Below are positions 1 through 64,000 of a DNA stretch of 64,000 nucleotides, in pieces. The position numbers and the translations under genes are program-made. The DNA comes from Lingula anatina (taxonomy: Eukaryota; Animalia; Brachiopoda). The DNA is taken from assembly GCA_051362555.1 (NCBI GenBank), contig CM120649.1, forward strand, positions 6,944,001 to 7,008,000, in the 5' to 3' direction. The notes beneath the pieces were generated by a model. It did no database searches. It saw nothing but the letters and a program-made list of their open reading frames with translations, and had not been told where the DNA came from. Within the stretch, counting starts at the first letter, position 1. Each line of letters starts with the position of its first letter.

Positions 1-17
1 CAGCCAACTGAGCAACC
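1..17 (-). CDS. Start of a further metallothionein repeat-module exon (truncated by window edge)
   Basis: ttccag acceptor then GGT TGC TCA GTT GGC TG (GCSVG), the same start as the two preceding exons. Confidence 0.8.
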
Positions 18-2306
18 CTGGAAATAAAGATTGGTCAAAACGCTACAGAAGTGACATTACTTTACTTAGGCCTATCTAAATGAACGTAATAAATGGACTA
101 CATAAAGAAAGAAATAAAGAAAAAGAAGAAAATAAAAGAAAAAGAAGCAAGAAAGATTATTTTGAACAATTATTTGACAGTGATAAAAAATGAGGCTAGC
201 AGTAGAAACAAAGACTACAATAAATTCCAAGATATTTTTGTTACTTTTCATAAAGGTATGGATTCACCCACCTCGGGGGTGCAGCAACCTTTGCCAGTGC
301 ACTTGCAGCAGCAGCATCCTCCAGGTCCACAACACAGCTTACAGCCCACTGAACAACCCTGGAACGTATTTCGTCGAAATGTGTATTAAAACTGAAGAAC
401 TAATTAAACTTTAAGAAATATAACACCGAAGAAAGAATGATGACAACCTTTAATTCTTTTGATAAGAATAAAAATATTAAAAAATTACATAAAATTTTCA
501 ATGTTATTTCTTTCTTTCTTTCTGTTTATTATTATTTATAAATTATTATTATTATTATTATTTACTTATTTATTCCTCACCTCATCGGTGCAGCATCCTT
601 TGCCAGTGCAAGTACAGCACATACAACCCTTGGGTCCAGAGCACAACTTGCAGCCAACCGAGCAGCCCTGTAAATGAAAAATTAAAATATCACTTTAGAA
701 TGATAATAATATCGGATAGATAAAAAAACACCAAAGGTTTCTTTGACAATTATACACATACCGGGTAATGACAGAACCTGAATTTTAAAAACTGTGGGCG
801 ATGTCAACAACGTCTGCTTCTATCTTTAAAGGGATAATAACTCTTCGTTTTGGCCAAAAAATGAATTTTCCTGGAGTAAACAACATTTTCCCCTTACTTA
901 CCAATGGTTAATTAATCCATTTTTACATTCAAAGTTAGTCCCTGGTTTTTTTTTCTAAAAAGTTTTTTTTTTTTGTTATAATCTCTCTTAAAAGAGATTA
1001 TAACAGAGTATAGCCATCAATGGAGGTCACGTGGTCTTAATACAAGCTCAAATATCAGAATAATAGCTATTACTGCCGTTTTTTTGGTACAACAGAATAT
1101 ATTATATTTCTATGAGTTGTTCAAAATGTTTTATTGTGAAATGTAGATCTCATTCGAAGAGTTATTATCCCTTTAATAAACATTTAGGTGTATGAATTCA
1201 CCCACCTCGGCCGCGCAGCATCCTTTTCGCGCAGCATCCGCGCAGTATCCCTCTTCTTGCTGATACGGGTAAGATATGATGATATAATACCTTACACTCA
1301 ATAACTCCCCATCGATTGATTCAGTTTTAATTATTATCTTTAATTACTGAAAGTGTAAGTCATCTGCTTTACAACATATGGTATATTTAAAATAAATGGA
1401 AAAGCCGAAAAGAAAACCCTGTGATCTTCTCAATCGCACTTAACCAGAATAATTAAAGCAACGGTCAAAATTTGCAAACGATTTGAAGAAACTTCATTTT
1501 CATCATTCTATTTCGATCATTTCATTTTAATCAATCATTGTTTTACAAAATTATCATAATTTTTTGTATGTATTTCTTCATTCACGCAACGCTTGGCATC
1601 ACTCACCGACTCAGTGCAACAGCCTTTGCCCGTGCATTCACACAAGCGCTTACAGCAGCACGCGGCAGTGGGGCAATCGGAACAGCCAGTTTTGCACACC
1701 TATGACATAAGATTTCATTACATCAATTTCCAAATAACATTAATAGCTTGAAAAGGAAAGTTGACAATAATTACAGCGGTTTTTAGAAGAATAGTGTACC
1801 AAGACGCATTAGACATTGTTTATGTTTTAATGTTTTATTTCCTGCGAAGCTACCAATCTTTTCCAATTCAGACCTTAAAGGTGTTAATATACTTAAGTGC
1901 CATTTTCAAAATAATCTGAATAAGCTATCCTGAAAAAGAAAATTCTACAAGTGATTGATTTATAAAAGTAAAGATGAAGCGCTCACCTTGCCCGCTACGG
2001 CGCAGCAAGATTTACCGGAGCAGTCACAACATTTGCACTGTGGACACTCACAGTTCATTTTACAAGTGGCACGGCTGAAATTGATGAAATGTATAAATGC
2101 GTTAGGTGAGACTTGGAACATTAGTTGGTCTCAACCGCAGAAGACCAAACGCATTTTTGGTAGCACACCTACTAGAGACGGCTTCTACTTTTTTCTATTT
2201 CATGAGGCAGCACCTGCACAAACATGTTTTTTTTCTCCATGTTCATTTCCCCAAACGAATTTGTTAACATGTTTTATACGGCGCGCGCTCACACACACAC
2301 ACTCAT

Positions 2307-2344
<38 letters not shown>

Positions 2345-2510
2345 GCGCGCGAGAGCGCGCAAACACATACATTCTTACGATTATTCGGCCAACCTCAGTC
2401 AATTACGCGGCCAATCAATATTTTGTTATTAGGCACTGAAATGACCAAATGCTTTCACACAATACAACCTACCTGCCACTGCACTTTCCGCAACACTCAA
2501 CGTCAGCCAT
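1..2510 (-). CDS. Multi-domain metallothionein (Cys-rich, spliced; 3' end outside window)
   Basis: Coding exons 2510-2473, 2074-1987, 1699-1607, 1259-1206, 667-581, 358-272 and 17-<1 have AG/GT boundaries and join in frame: MADVECCGKCSGSRATCKMNCECPQCKCCDCSGKSCCAVAGK|VCKTGCSDCPTAACCCKRLCECTGKGCCTES|QEEGYCADAARKGCCAAE|GCSVGCKLCSGPKGCMCCTCTGKGCCTDE|GCSVGCKLCCGPGGCCCCKCTGKGCCTPE|GCSVG... Rich in Cys/Gly/Lys with CC and CxC motifs, almost no aromatics; MRE cluster upstream. Confidence 0.88.
272..358 (-). CDS. Metallothionein repeat-module exon, 87 nt
   Basis: CAG/GTGGGT; GCSVGCKLCCGPGGCCCCKCTGKGCCTPE. Confidence 0.9.
581..667 (-). CDS. Metallothionein repeat-module exon, 87 nt
   Basis: CAG/GTGAGG; GCSVGCKLCSGPKGCMCCTCTGKGCCTDE. 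Confidence 0.9.
830..1172. mobile_element. Non-autonomous DNA transposon, TTAA TSD, AGGG termini (Kolobok-like MITE)
   Basis: TTAA|AGGGATAATAACTCTTCG ... CGAAGAGTTATTATCCCT|TTAA; partial relatives at about 12190-12340 and 37050-37228. Confidence 0.75.
1206..1259 (-). CDS. Short divergent metallothionein exon (QEEGYCADAARKGCCAAE), linker or degenerate module
   Basis: 54 nt, phase 0-0; KGCC motif; donor flank ttcacccacctcgg shared with exon 272-358. Confidence 0.55.
1607..1699 (-). CDS. Metallothionein module exon, 93 nt
   Basis: TAG acceptor, GTGAGT donor, phase 0-0, ends CTGKGCCTES. Confidence 0.87.
1987..2074 (-). CDS. Metallothionein exon (RATCKMNCECPQCKCCDCSGKSCCAVAGK)
   Basis: ttcag acceptor, GTGAGC donor, Cys-rich. 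Confidence 0.85.
2473..2510 (-). CDS. Metallothionein first coding exon (MADVECCGKCSG)
   Basis: Acceptor CAG 2520-2518, ATG 2510, donor GTAGGT; phase 2 joins the next exon in frame. Confidence 0.8.
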
Positions 2511-3106
2511 GTCTATTCTGAAAAATGAACAAAGCAGAGTTACAACTGGAGGTCAGGATTTTGAATGAAAATGAAGAATAATCCTCGAGAGACCTTCACC
2601 TTTTTATCTGTAAGCAACGTTGACTCTTTTAAGACTTAAAAGATACCGGTCGGCCAGGATATACATGTCGCTTTTTACTCTATAAATAAAGTGTCTAGAT
2701 AACTGACGTTCAACAAATATTAAGGATAAAATTAAACACACTTTCACAAAGTCCATGAAGTTGAATGATCTCATTTCGGTTATGATTTCAACAAGAACGA
2801 CACTTCTTAACATTTTGACATCAATTCCAAATCACTGCGGTTTCTAGAACAGAGGATTTGCCTTTGCGCATTCTAGCATTCAAACACACGATGAAAAAAA
2901 AAAAAATTAAATCCAAATTTTGTTCGAGAATTGTCAGTTGGTCGTCATTGTTCGAGGACCTGTGTGTATACAAAAACATCAGATTAAAAGGAATTATTTG
3001 GAGTTATCGTTGAATAGACAATGGAAAATTCACCCAAGACGTCTCCTGCTTTTTTTAAAATAATACTAACTTTGTTTCCGAGTAACCGAGCAATTACCCC
3101 CCCCCC

Positions 3107-3150
<44 letters not shown>

Positions 3151-3506
3151 AAACAAACGTGAACTCTTGATTTAAGAATTGGTTTTATTTTTTATTTTCT
3201 CATTTAGATAAGTCTTATTTAGATATCTTTTCTATGCAGCCCACTCTATTTGTTATATATTTTCGTACCCTTCATGTAAAAATGTCTAAGGACGGCGGCA
3301 AAATTTGAGATAATAACAAACCCAGTAGCTCTTGTAAGCTATGTAAAAATCAATTTCATAAATTGTGCTTTTTAACACAAACAGTTATTATATCTACTGG
3401 GCCTTAAATGACTGGGCCTTTACAACTGCACTGAATAAAAATAAGGTACCATATGACACAGTGCATGGCAAACGACTGCTGTTTGAGTATGGTCTCTTTC
3501 GCTCAC

Positions 3507-3585
3507 CTTGTAAAATTTTCTTGAAATTTTCTTGATAATTTAGAGAAACTGTGAATTGCACTTCTTTCTCGATCGCTGGGAAGAA
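3507..3585 (-). other. Probable non-coding first exon of metallothionein (5' end approximate)
   Basis: AAG|GTGAGC donor at 3506-3501; 5' end set about 25-30 nt downstream of the TATA box. Confidence 0.55.
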
Positions 3586-3611
3586 AGTGCGCGATTTTGG
3601 CCGCTGGTGGG

Positions 3612-3798
3612 TTATATAGTGATTTACGGCGGTTTTGCACACGCCACTCAAAACAAACGGATGGTGGTATCGGGTGCATGCTATATGTCGCATGGGCACA
3701 TGATGTCGGTCGTCTTTGCACACGGGTCTAATATTCAACTGAAACAGAAAGCCAAATAAGGAGTTGTTGTTCAATTGAACGAATTAGTAACGTGTGCA
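3612..3798 (-). promoter_or_regulatory. Metallothionein promoter: TATA box plus four metal-response elements (TGCRCNC)
   Basis: TATATAA (minus) 3618-3612; TGCACAC 3636-3642 (+), TGCACCC 3678-3672 (-), TGCACAC 3717-3723 (+), TGCACAC 3798-3792 (-). Confidence 0.75.
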
Positions 3799-4508
3799 AA
3801 ATATCGACAACCGTTCCGTGGGTGAGTGATATTGGTCGTTTACTTTGGAGATACAGAACAACTCAATACATTGTAAGCTCCAAGTTTTATCTGTGTCATA
3901 AACATAACCTTGGTTTTGATGAGATTGGGGATTTTTCTTGCTAGCCTACAGTCAAGTGATCCCAAATATTTTGAATCAAAAGCGCCCCCTGCACATAATA
4001 AAATTGTAAGTTTATAGAAGACAGTGCCGCATATCTGTAAAGTGATACTGTGCAATGTTACAGCACAGCTGAATTAGAAATAAAACGATTTTAAGTGTTC
4101 ACTTCTTTCGGTTTCGCAACACAATGTGAAACGAGATATAGGGAATTTTGCACTTAGCTTTAGAATAGCTCTTCCAAGATACATGTAGTTTTCACACGCA
4201 GGAGAAACTCACCGGGGTTATCAACGCTGAAGGAAAGGGTAAATACTCCATAACTCATAACGCTGATAGTGGGTGCGTAAGCGCGGTTTACTGCCTGTAA
4301 ACATAGGCGCTCTGTGTAATGGGTAAATATAGTAGGATGGGCAGGAGTTCACGGTGCTCTCCATAGCAAAATTAACAAAATATGCGAACTCGGCCGCTGA
4401 CAATCTACAGTGTATGCTGTCGGTATTTAAAGAGATATGTTGTCTTGATGAAGGCAGTTTAATGCACAGTCACGGACGTGGAAATGACGTGGAAATACAT
4501 GGCGTTCA

Positions 4509-4559
<51 letters not shown>

Positions 4560-4800
4560 TGGCGATTTTGCTGTACATGCATTCACAAATTCACACTCAC
4601 GGTACAGAAATTGGTTTGAAATGCATGGTGTTATGTATGCGGGGGGGGGGGGGGGGGGGGGGGGGGGAGGGGGGTGGCAGAGAATAAAACGTTCATAAAT
4701 AAATCTCAAATGTGAAAAAAACAATGTCTATCGAGAAATGAATATTTTGGTGACATTAAATGAAATAATCGGATATAAGCAGTGGACTCATCTTATAAAA

Positions 4801-6783
4801 TAACTAGAGGATCAGAGAGGCGATACCGCCTCTGGATATTGTACCACCAGCTGGAGTAAGCGCATTCTCATGGAAACCCCACCCCCAAAAAATGAACACC
4901 ACCACCAGTCTTGTGCTTGACAAGCTCTATGAAATGCAATAAACAAGAGTTCTCAAAATATGAAAAAAAATATATATATCGAACAAACATAACTGTTCAA
5001 AACAAGCAGCTGTTCAAATTGAGCTGTATTTTCCTAACACTGATCACTCCTGTGATTTTCTAGACAATAGGCCTATTGGTTTTCCTTGAAATGCGTTATC
5101 AGTATTGCATATTTGCTGACAAAAGAGAAAACCTAGGGACAACAGTGGGCAGATCTCTGCTAGCTTTGAAGATATGAGGGGCAAGAAAATATGCAGAGTT
5201 CAGTTTGTGGTGAAAAAGTAGGTCAAAGGTCAATTTCAAGGTCACAGTATATGACTTCCTATAAAAGTTCAATAGTAGCTATGGGCATTTCTTTGCGAAT
5301 TTTGGAGATATGAAGGCCAGGAAACATGCAAAGTGCAGTTCATCATAAATAGTAGATCAAAGGTCAATTTCAAGGCCATAGTAAGATTGCCAGTATATGA
5401 CTTCCTATTCAAGTTCAATAGTAACTTTGGACTTATCTCTGCCAGTTTTCGAGATATAAGGGATAGAAAATTTGCAAAGTTCAGTTCATGGTGAAAAGTA
5501 GGTCAAAGGTCAATTCCAAGGTCACAATAAGACTGCCAGTATATGACTTCCTATTAAAGTTCAACAGTAACTATGGGTGTATCTCTGCCAGTTTTGGAGA
5601 TATAAGGGTTGAACATTTTGCAAAGTTCAGTTCATGGTGAAAAGTAGGTCAAAGTTCAATTTCCTATTCAAGTTCAATAGTAACTATAGGCGTATCTTTG
5701 CCAGTTTTGGAGATATAAAGATCAGAAAACTTGCAAAGTGCAGTACTGAAAAGTAGGTCAAAGGTCAATTTCAAGGTCACAGTTAGATTACCAGCATATG
5801 ACTTCCTATTCAAGTTCAATAGTAACTATGGGCGTATCTTTGCCAGTTTTGGATATATAAAGATCAGAAAACTTGCAAAGTGCAGTTCATTATGAAACGT
5901 AGGTCAAAGGTCAATTTCAAGGTCACAGTTAGATTATCAGTGTATGACTTCCTATTCAAGTTCAATAGTAACTATGGGCGTATCTCTGCTAATTTTGGAG
6001 TATTTCACATTTTCCCCACTGAATATTGCGATGTTGTAATTTTTGATATAGGGCAACGCCTAAACCATATCAAAAACAAAAAAATGGACACCACCCCCAG
6101 TATTGCACTTGACAAGGTCTACAAAATGCAATAAAAAAGAGGTCTCTGGCATTTACCGTTCCAGATTTAGAGTTTTCAGTTTCGGTATCTAATGGCTGCT
6201 TCTCCCGTGAAAATGCACCGATTGACCCCAAACTCCCAAAGATGAAAGGAGTCCCCAATGGTAACCCCTCATTATGACAGGAGAGCTTAGGGCTGTGTAG
6301 TTTCCTAAAATTAGCACAAACAAATATTTTTTTACAGAAAATTCCCATTTTTAGAAAATTTTGGCTTGTTTGACCTTGAAAAAAAGGTCAAAAGTCAAAT
6401 CCAAGGGCATATTTGGAATCTCCACATATGACTTTCGGTCAGACTTCTGTAGTAATTTTTCCCATAATTCCTTTGGTTTGGGAGATATTAAGCATTGAAT
6501 TTTCAAAAATTTTGACAAGGGTGCATTTCAACAAGCGTCATGCCCAGGCCAGTGCACCGATGGAGACAAAAAAACCAGGGTGTTCAAGTTGAGATTATAT
6601 GTGACCTAAATCCAAGAGATGGGGACACAGGTCCTTGCGGTCTAGGAGGAGAAGCGGTAACGGTGACTTGTTTCCGGCGCCCGACTGCGGAGCCGCAGGA
6701 GCCGGCGGAGCCGGCGGAGCTGTACGAGACGGGTCGGGACTAAAACCATGAGTACCGCCAGCGTACACGCTGGCGGTACTAAT
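4801..6783 (+). mobile_element. Helentron/HINE-like non-autonomous element with internal satellite (copy 1)
   Basis: Starts aactagaggatcagagaggcgataccgcc; about 6 degenerate 146-bp units; 3' hairpin gtaccgccagcgtacacgctggcggtac; colinear with 53366-57804. Confidence 0.7.
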
Positions 6784-7128
6784 AATAGAAACACGATCAC
6801 ATTTTCTCTATAATTTATTACGGACTCAAAATTTCGTGGCCAAATTCGCTCGATTTAGAAACGAAACAAGAAAATATCCCGATAATCAACAGGGCTGTAG
6901 GGAGCACGCATAATGAATGTTTGAGTGCACATGACAATAACTCATATTGCTATTTTTATAAGGTGGACAATGAAATACCCAACAGGAAAAATCCCTTATA
7001 GTTAAGACAGGGTTTTCCCACGGAATTACGTATTATATAATCCCCACTTGTTTGGCATTGGTATCTATATTAATCATTAATGAACCGTGTTCGTCTTTCG
7101 GTGCAACTGGTGGTGTGAAAAGACTCGA

Positions 7129-7372
7129 AGAGAGCGTTCAAGATGAAATTATCGTACCACCAGGATCGATCTTTCACTCTGGGAATTCTTGCTAAAGCGC
7201 AGTCAGTGTAATCAGCTTAATTGTCTGGCACGCCCCCTCGAGAAGCTAGCCAAGCATGCACGAAAGTTAATTACCCCTAGCTCCTCGAGGGGGCGTGCCA
7301 GACAAATGCGCAAGAATCCCTGCAGAGATAGATCGATCCTGCTGGTATGATAAATCCATTCTGAACGCTCTC
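7129..7372. mobile_element. Degenerate foldback/MITE
   Basis: Nested inverted repeats gagagcgttca/tgaacgctctc and tgtctggcacgccccctcgag/ctcgagggggcgtgccagaca. Confidence 0.6.
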
Positions 7373-7533
7373 CGAGTGATCCATGGCTTGTATCATTTTG
7401 TCTGTATGTTCACGTAATTACGTACTGTATCTTGTAGCCGTTTACGCCCTGGATATTTGTGGTGTACATGTAGATAGCCTGCGGTCTGAGTAAGTTCTGT
7501 TTTGTTCTCTACGAATTATTATTATCATCATTA

Positions 7534-7652
7534 TGGAGTACTAAATGGTGTCATTGAAACGGTGATCGTGGGTGCTCAGGTAAAAGAGAAATCTGAGAAA
7601 CCGATTTTTCAGTTTTTACCCCAAAACGTAATCATTACGTCACCCGTAAGAT
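7534..7652. repeat. Dispersed repeat; inverted copy at about 52291-52417
   Basis: ggagtactaaatggtg...gggtgctcaggtaaaagagaaat is reverse-complemented near 52345-52417. Confidence 0.65.
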
Positions 7653-8463
7653 GACATGTGTTAATGTTAATTAATTTAGTCACTGAACACTAAAAAATTA
7701 TCTATTACCCAAAAGAATGTATGTAATTCAGTAAATAAGGAGTTTAGGGCGAAGGGTGGAAATATCATTAAAAACTTGCTTTATGTGAAATACGATTAGA
7801 TGGCTTACATAGTAAAAGTTCATTTAATACATGCTGTTTTTCACCTGTCCTTCCTTCTCCGACCACGTGAGTAATGCAGCCCAGAGTATTGACATACATG
7901 TATATACATACTATTTAACGTTCTATGCGTAATAGTCCCATTGGCCTTAGTATATGCCAACTAGAGGAATAACATATGATAAAAACACTCATAATCGTGG
8001 ATATCGTTTATTGGCGACATGTTTGGCTTTGCTGGCAAATTGTCAATATCACAGGCGTGTGAAAGTGCCGACGAAAAACATTTTTCGTCATTCGTTAGGT
8101 GCGTGAGCTATGCCGTTGGCGCGCGATCATGGTCCATCTCAAAAGATATTGCCGTGTTTGTTTGTTTGTTTGAGGAAAGGATTCGTCAATATTTAGGTTG
8201 GGATAAGAACCTGGAAGAGGTTGTTGGCAAATCTTAATACAGGCTTATTATCTTACTCAGTGTGGTGAATGTTGTTAGTCGCATGGGCACGTGATCTTGG
8301 CCGCTTTTGCATGCTAATACAGCCAAAGACGTATATTCATCTGTTAGGAAAATTGCGTAATAAAAAAATATTGATGGCGTTCCTTACTTCAGGTAAATGA
8401 CTAGTCCATGAAAAAAGACAAATATAAAAGAATGGGAAACAGCAAATACATATCATTTGGTAT

Positions 8464-8469
8464 TTTATT
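8464..8469 (-). terminator. Candidate ABCC4 polyadenylation signal AATAAA
   Basis: AATAAA on minus strand followed by a T-rich tract, 2.4 kb past the stop codon; not the only such hexamer in the region. Confidence 0.25.
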
Positions 8470-9039
8470 GTACATTGTTCATTAACGTATATTTGACCAT
8501 ACTGATTTGTTAAAAAATTGAATCAAATTGATAAAAATCATAAAAATCTTTCAAACAAAAATGGCTGACATGGATTTAAAATTTCCGTAACATTGAAAAC
8601 AAGGAGTATATGATTGACCAAGTATGAGATCAGGATTTTCTTTTTTTTTTTCTTCATTTCTGATAAGATATACTTCAACTATCCATAACTTATCATATAA
8701 ATACAACAAGAGCTCTAAAACAGAATACTATAGGTCCAATTATTTCATTATATATCTACTGTTGGTTTAATAGATAATATCATTTGGTTAGTATTTCTCA
8801 AATACAAAAAAATCCATGATTATTACCTATTCCCTTTGTTTTCAATATCAACCATCTATTGGCTATATTTTCAACTGTTCAGAGGTTAAAAATGTGACTT
8901 AAATGCAACCCTACATCTTGAATACCTCAATGGTGGTTTACATAATCAATTTATACACTGCAGCAATGTGAATGTTAGTACATATACTAGTGAGTGCTCA
9001 CATTCAAACAGACCAAAACCTCAGCAGAATAAATGGTAT

Positions 9040-9210
9040 CAGGGGCAGATCCAGAGATATTTTCTGACAGTCTTCTAAATTATGACACGGATCTATCCTC
9101 CATTTTTGACTGTCTTCCGACAGAAAAATATAGACATAAACCTGCCAGTGCAAACTTGAAAATCTGACTGTCTTCCTGAAGACCCAGCAGACGGCCTCCA
9201 TCTGCCCCTG
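9040..9210. mobile_element. MITE of about 170 bp, CAGGGGC termini
   Basis: caggggcagat...atctgcccctg; same family as 22933-23100 and 13344-13510. Confidence 0.75.
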
Positions 9211-9864
9211 GATATACATGTAAGAAGCTGGTGCCCATACTGCATAAATTTGCATAAAAGCTGAACATTTTCCTACTCTGCAAAAATTTTCATCTTACAA
9301 TCCTTTTCCGACACCATTTTGACTGCATATGTGTTGAACTGGGTTTTTGTTCCATACAAGAGAATTAAAAAGGAATTCAAGCATGCAGTAATTTGGCCTT
9401 GAATGCCAAACCCACTTACTAATCTGATTTTAGTGAGAAATGATGCATTTAAGGCAGTTTCCAGCCTTCATATTCCTGAGTGTGAGCAAAAAGTGACAGG
9501 CTTTCCCATAGAGCAATCACTTCCCTACAAAAACATTTAATCATTAACAAATCAACATTATTTTATGTTATATATTATACATTACATGTGCAGCATGGCC
9601 TACACATGATACATTCATGTTTGTTAACATATAGTCATCCTAAGGGCCTTCATCTACATGTTATACAAACATGCCACTTAGATATCAAATATGTACAAAC
9701 AATAACATTCAAACAAGCGTGAGTGTGTGTGTGTGTAAGGGGGGGGGGGGGGGGGGGGCGAGAGGAAGTCTACAAACCTGTAAGGCATAAATAATTCCAT
9801 CCTGATTTTAATTCATTCAGCTTATATACTGAGCAAAAATATAAACATCCCATACAATACTTCA

Positions 9865-9905
<41 letters not shown>

Positions 9906-10860
9906 TAATAATAATAATCAGCATTATAGGTTATATTTATATTAAATCATACAAAGTGAATTTTGTTGTTTAATGTGCTTACAGATTATTGTCCATAGTC
10001 CATTGCATGTTACATAATAATTCATAAATGGTATTTATATTTTAGCTCAGTGTATATTAAACATACAGTAGAAACCACTAGTGCATATTTTTGTATATTA
10101 GCTGAATAAATCAGAATTTCTGTCATAATTTGGGAACATACTTCTTTGTTAAAATTAATGCTGATCTTTGTGTTTTAAAAAAGATAAAATTCCTCTTTTT
10201 TCCAAAAATAAAATCTCTGGAGTAAGTCGCTGTAAATGAATCTGTAAGTTCTGATAATGTTATGTAGTCACAGATATGACTACAAATGGCTCTATACTCA
10301 GTACATATATATATATATGTATGTATGACGCTTATACATATTATGCACATTTATGCACATCTTATAATACTTTAGATTTTGATTCCGAAATCAAATATAC
10401 AAAAATGAACTACAATATAGTTCGATGACTGTATCAGCAATGTGCTTCGAGTCTACTTCATAACAATTATCATTGATTATGTATGACTCTCGATGATTAT
10501 GTATCTCAATATCAGTGTCATTCACAAATATCATAAATTCACCAACAAGAATAAATTGTTGACTTTCCTTTGAAAGCATCAGTTTCCCTTTGTATAACTA
10601 ATATTATTGCTATTCGTTCATAAATCATACTGTTCTTACACTGCCTACATGTGGGTGAACATACATATCATTTATATGTTCACCAAAGTGGTGTAGACAC
10701 TAATATTAATAATTGTAAACTACATGTAATGCACTACTGACTGATACATGTATTATAAACCATTAACTTTTCAACTACACAGTGAGCAACACTGATGTAT
10801 CTCATTAACAAACTATATTATTCATCAATTCATTGTGTTACCTCTAATTTAAAAATATTG

Positions 10861-63252
<52,392 letters not shown>

Positions 63253-63341
63253 CGTGCAACGACTTCACGTAACTAGTAACGTTAGTTTCACGTTGTCCAT
63301 TTCACCTCCTCAGCACTTGAAACGACCTTGACCCAGAATGG

Positions 63342-63348
63342 TTTTATA
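63342..63348 (-). promoter_or_regulatory. Candidate TATA box of ABCC4
   Basis: TATAAAA on minus strand 90 nt upstream of the ATG. Confidence 0.35.
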
Positions 63349-63845
63349 ATCTCTAAACTTTTTACGTTGTTCGGCTTGTCAGTTAATAGACATGGATAAA
63401 GTATATAATTACATTATTTGTTGTACTGAATATAGATATTTATTGTAAAACAATTGCACCGATTGGTATTCAATGTATTGTTTTTTGTAAATTGCCTGGG
63501 TTTAAGGATATAGCACCGTGAAGCGCCATATTTCAAAGCTGAGGTCGGTCGTAACTCGCTCAGGTTCACATTAGATGTTGTTTAACCGCTGATGTTTTAA
63601 AAAGAACTCATTTATATGAAGGTTAGTATTTTCAGCAGTACCAGATCATGAAAAACGTTTGCCTACCTATTTATAATGAGCATTGAATTTGTGCAGTTAC
63701 TGGTACTTTTTATTAGAAATACATGTGCACTTTACCTTGTAGAAGTATCGCTACAAGTATCAGTTATACCATCACTTTCAAGAGTTAAATATTGCCTGTT
63801 GAGTATTGACAACTTTCTCTCATTTTTGGGTTGGCATACCCTTGT

Positions 63846-63848
<3 letters not shown>

Positions 63849-63910
<62 letters not shown>
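63849..63910. repeat. (CT)n microsatellite
   Basis: Direct reading; (GA)n tracts also at 2311-2343 and 4525-4556. Confidence 0.95.
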
Positions 63911-63913
<3 letters not shown>

Positions 63914-64000
63914 TACAAATGTAAAAAGGTACCAAATTATAATTATTCATCTTTTAAGTGTTTTAATATTTATGTATTTTAGGTATTGAGTGGAGAATAA

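Noticed and set aside
93-677. Plus-strand Gln/His/Pro-rich ORFs
   Set aside because: Antisense shadows of the Cys codons of the minus-strand metallothionein exons.
1955-2521. 188-aa plus-strand ORF
   Set aside because: Runs through (CA)n/(GA)n microsatellites and antisense MT exons; no recognisable domain.

Overview
AT-rich, intron- and transposon-rich animal genomic DNA, probably a marine invertebrate (lophotrochozoan/mollusc-like; this is inference). It holds two minus-strand genes. (1) A complete 26-exon ABCC4/MRP4-type ABC exporter (ATG 63252, stop 10861; about 1555 aa by summing exons). Its exon 8, which encodes the pore-lining TM5-TM6 of TMD1, is present as EIGHT tandem, open, phase-matched copies (25701-46315). 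Its exon 17 is present as TWO 80-nt copies. This is the layout of a mutually exclusive splicing cassette giving up to 16 transporter isoforms. Four of the exon-8 variants put His/Asp/His at positions aligning to human MRP4 pocket residues L363/L367/F368. (2) Downstream of it, a multi-domain, one-module-per-exon Cys-rich metallothionein (missed by the ORF track), with a TATA box and four MRE cores; it runs off the left edge. The introns carry Helentron/HINE-like satellite-bearing elements, several MITE/foldback families with readable target-site duplications (TSDs), a BEL/Pao remnant, a solo LTR, and mini/microsatellites. All coordinates were read by eye. No database search or RNA evidence was available.
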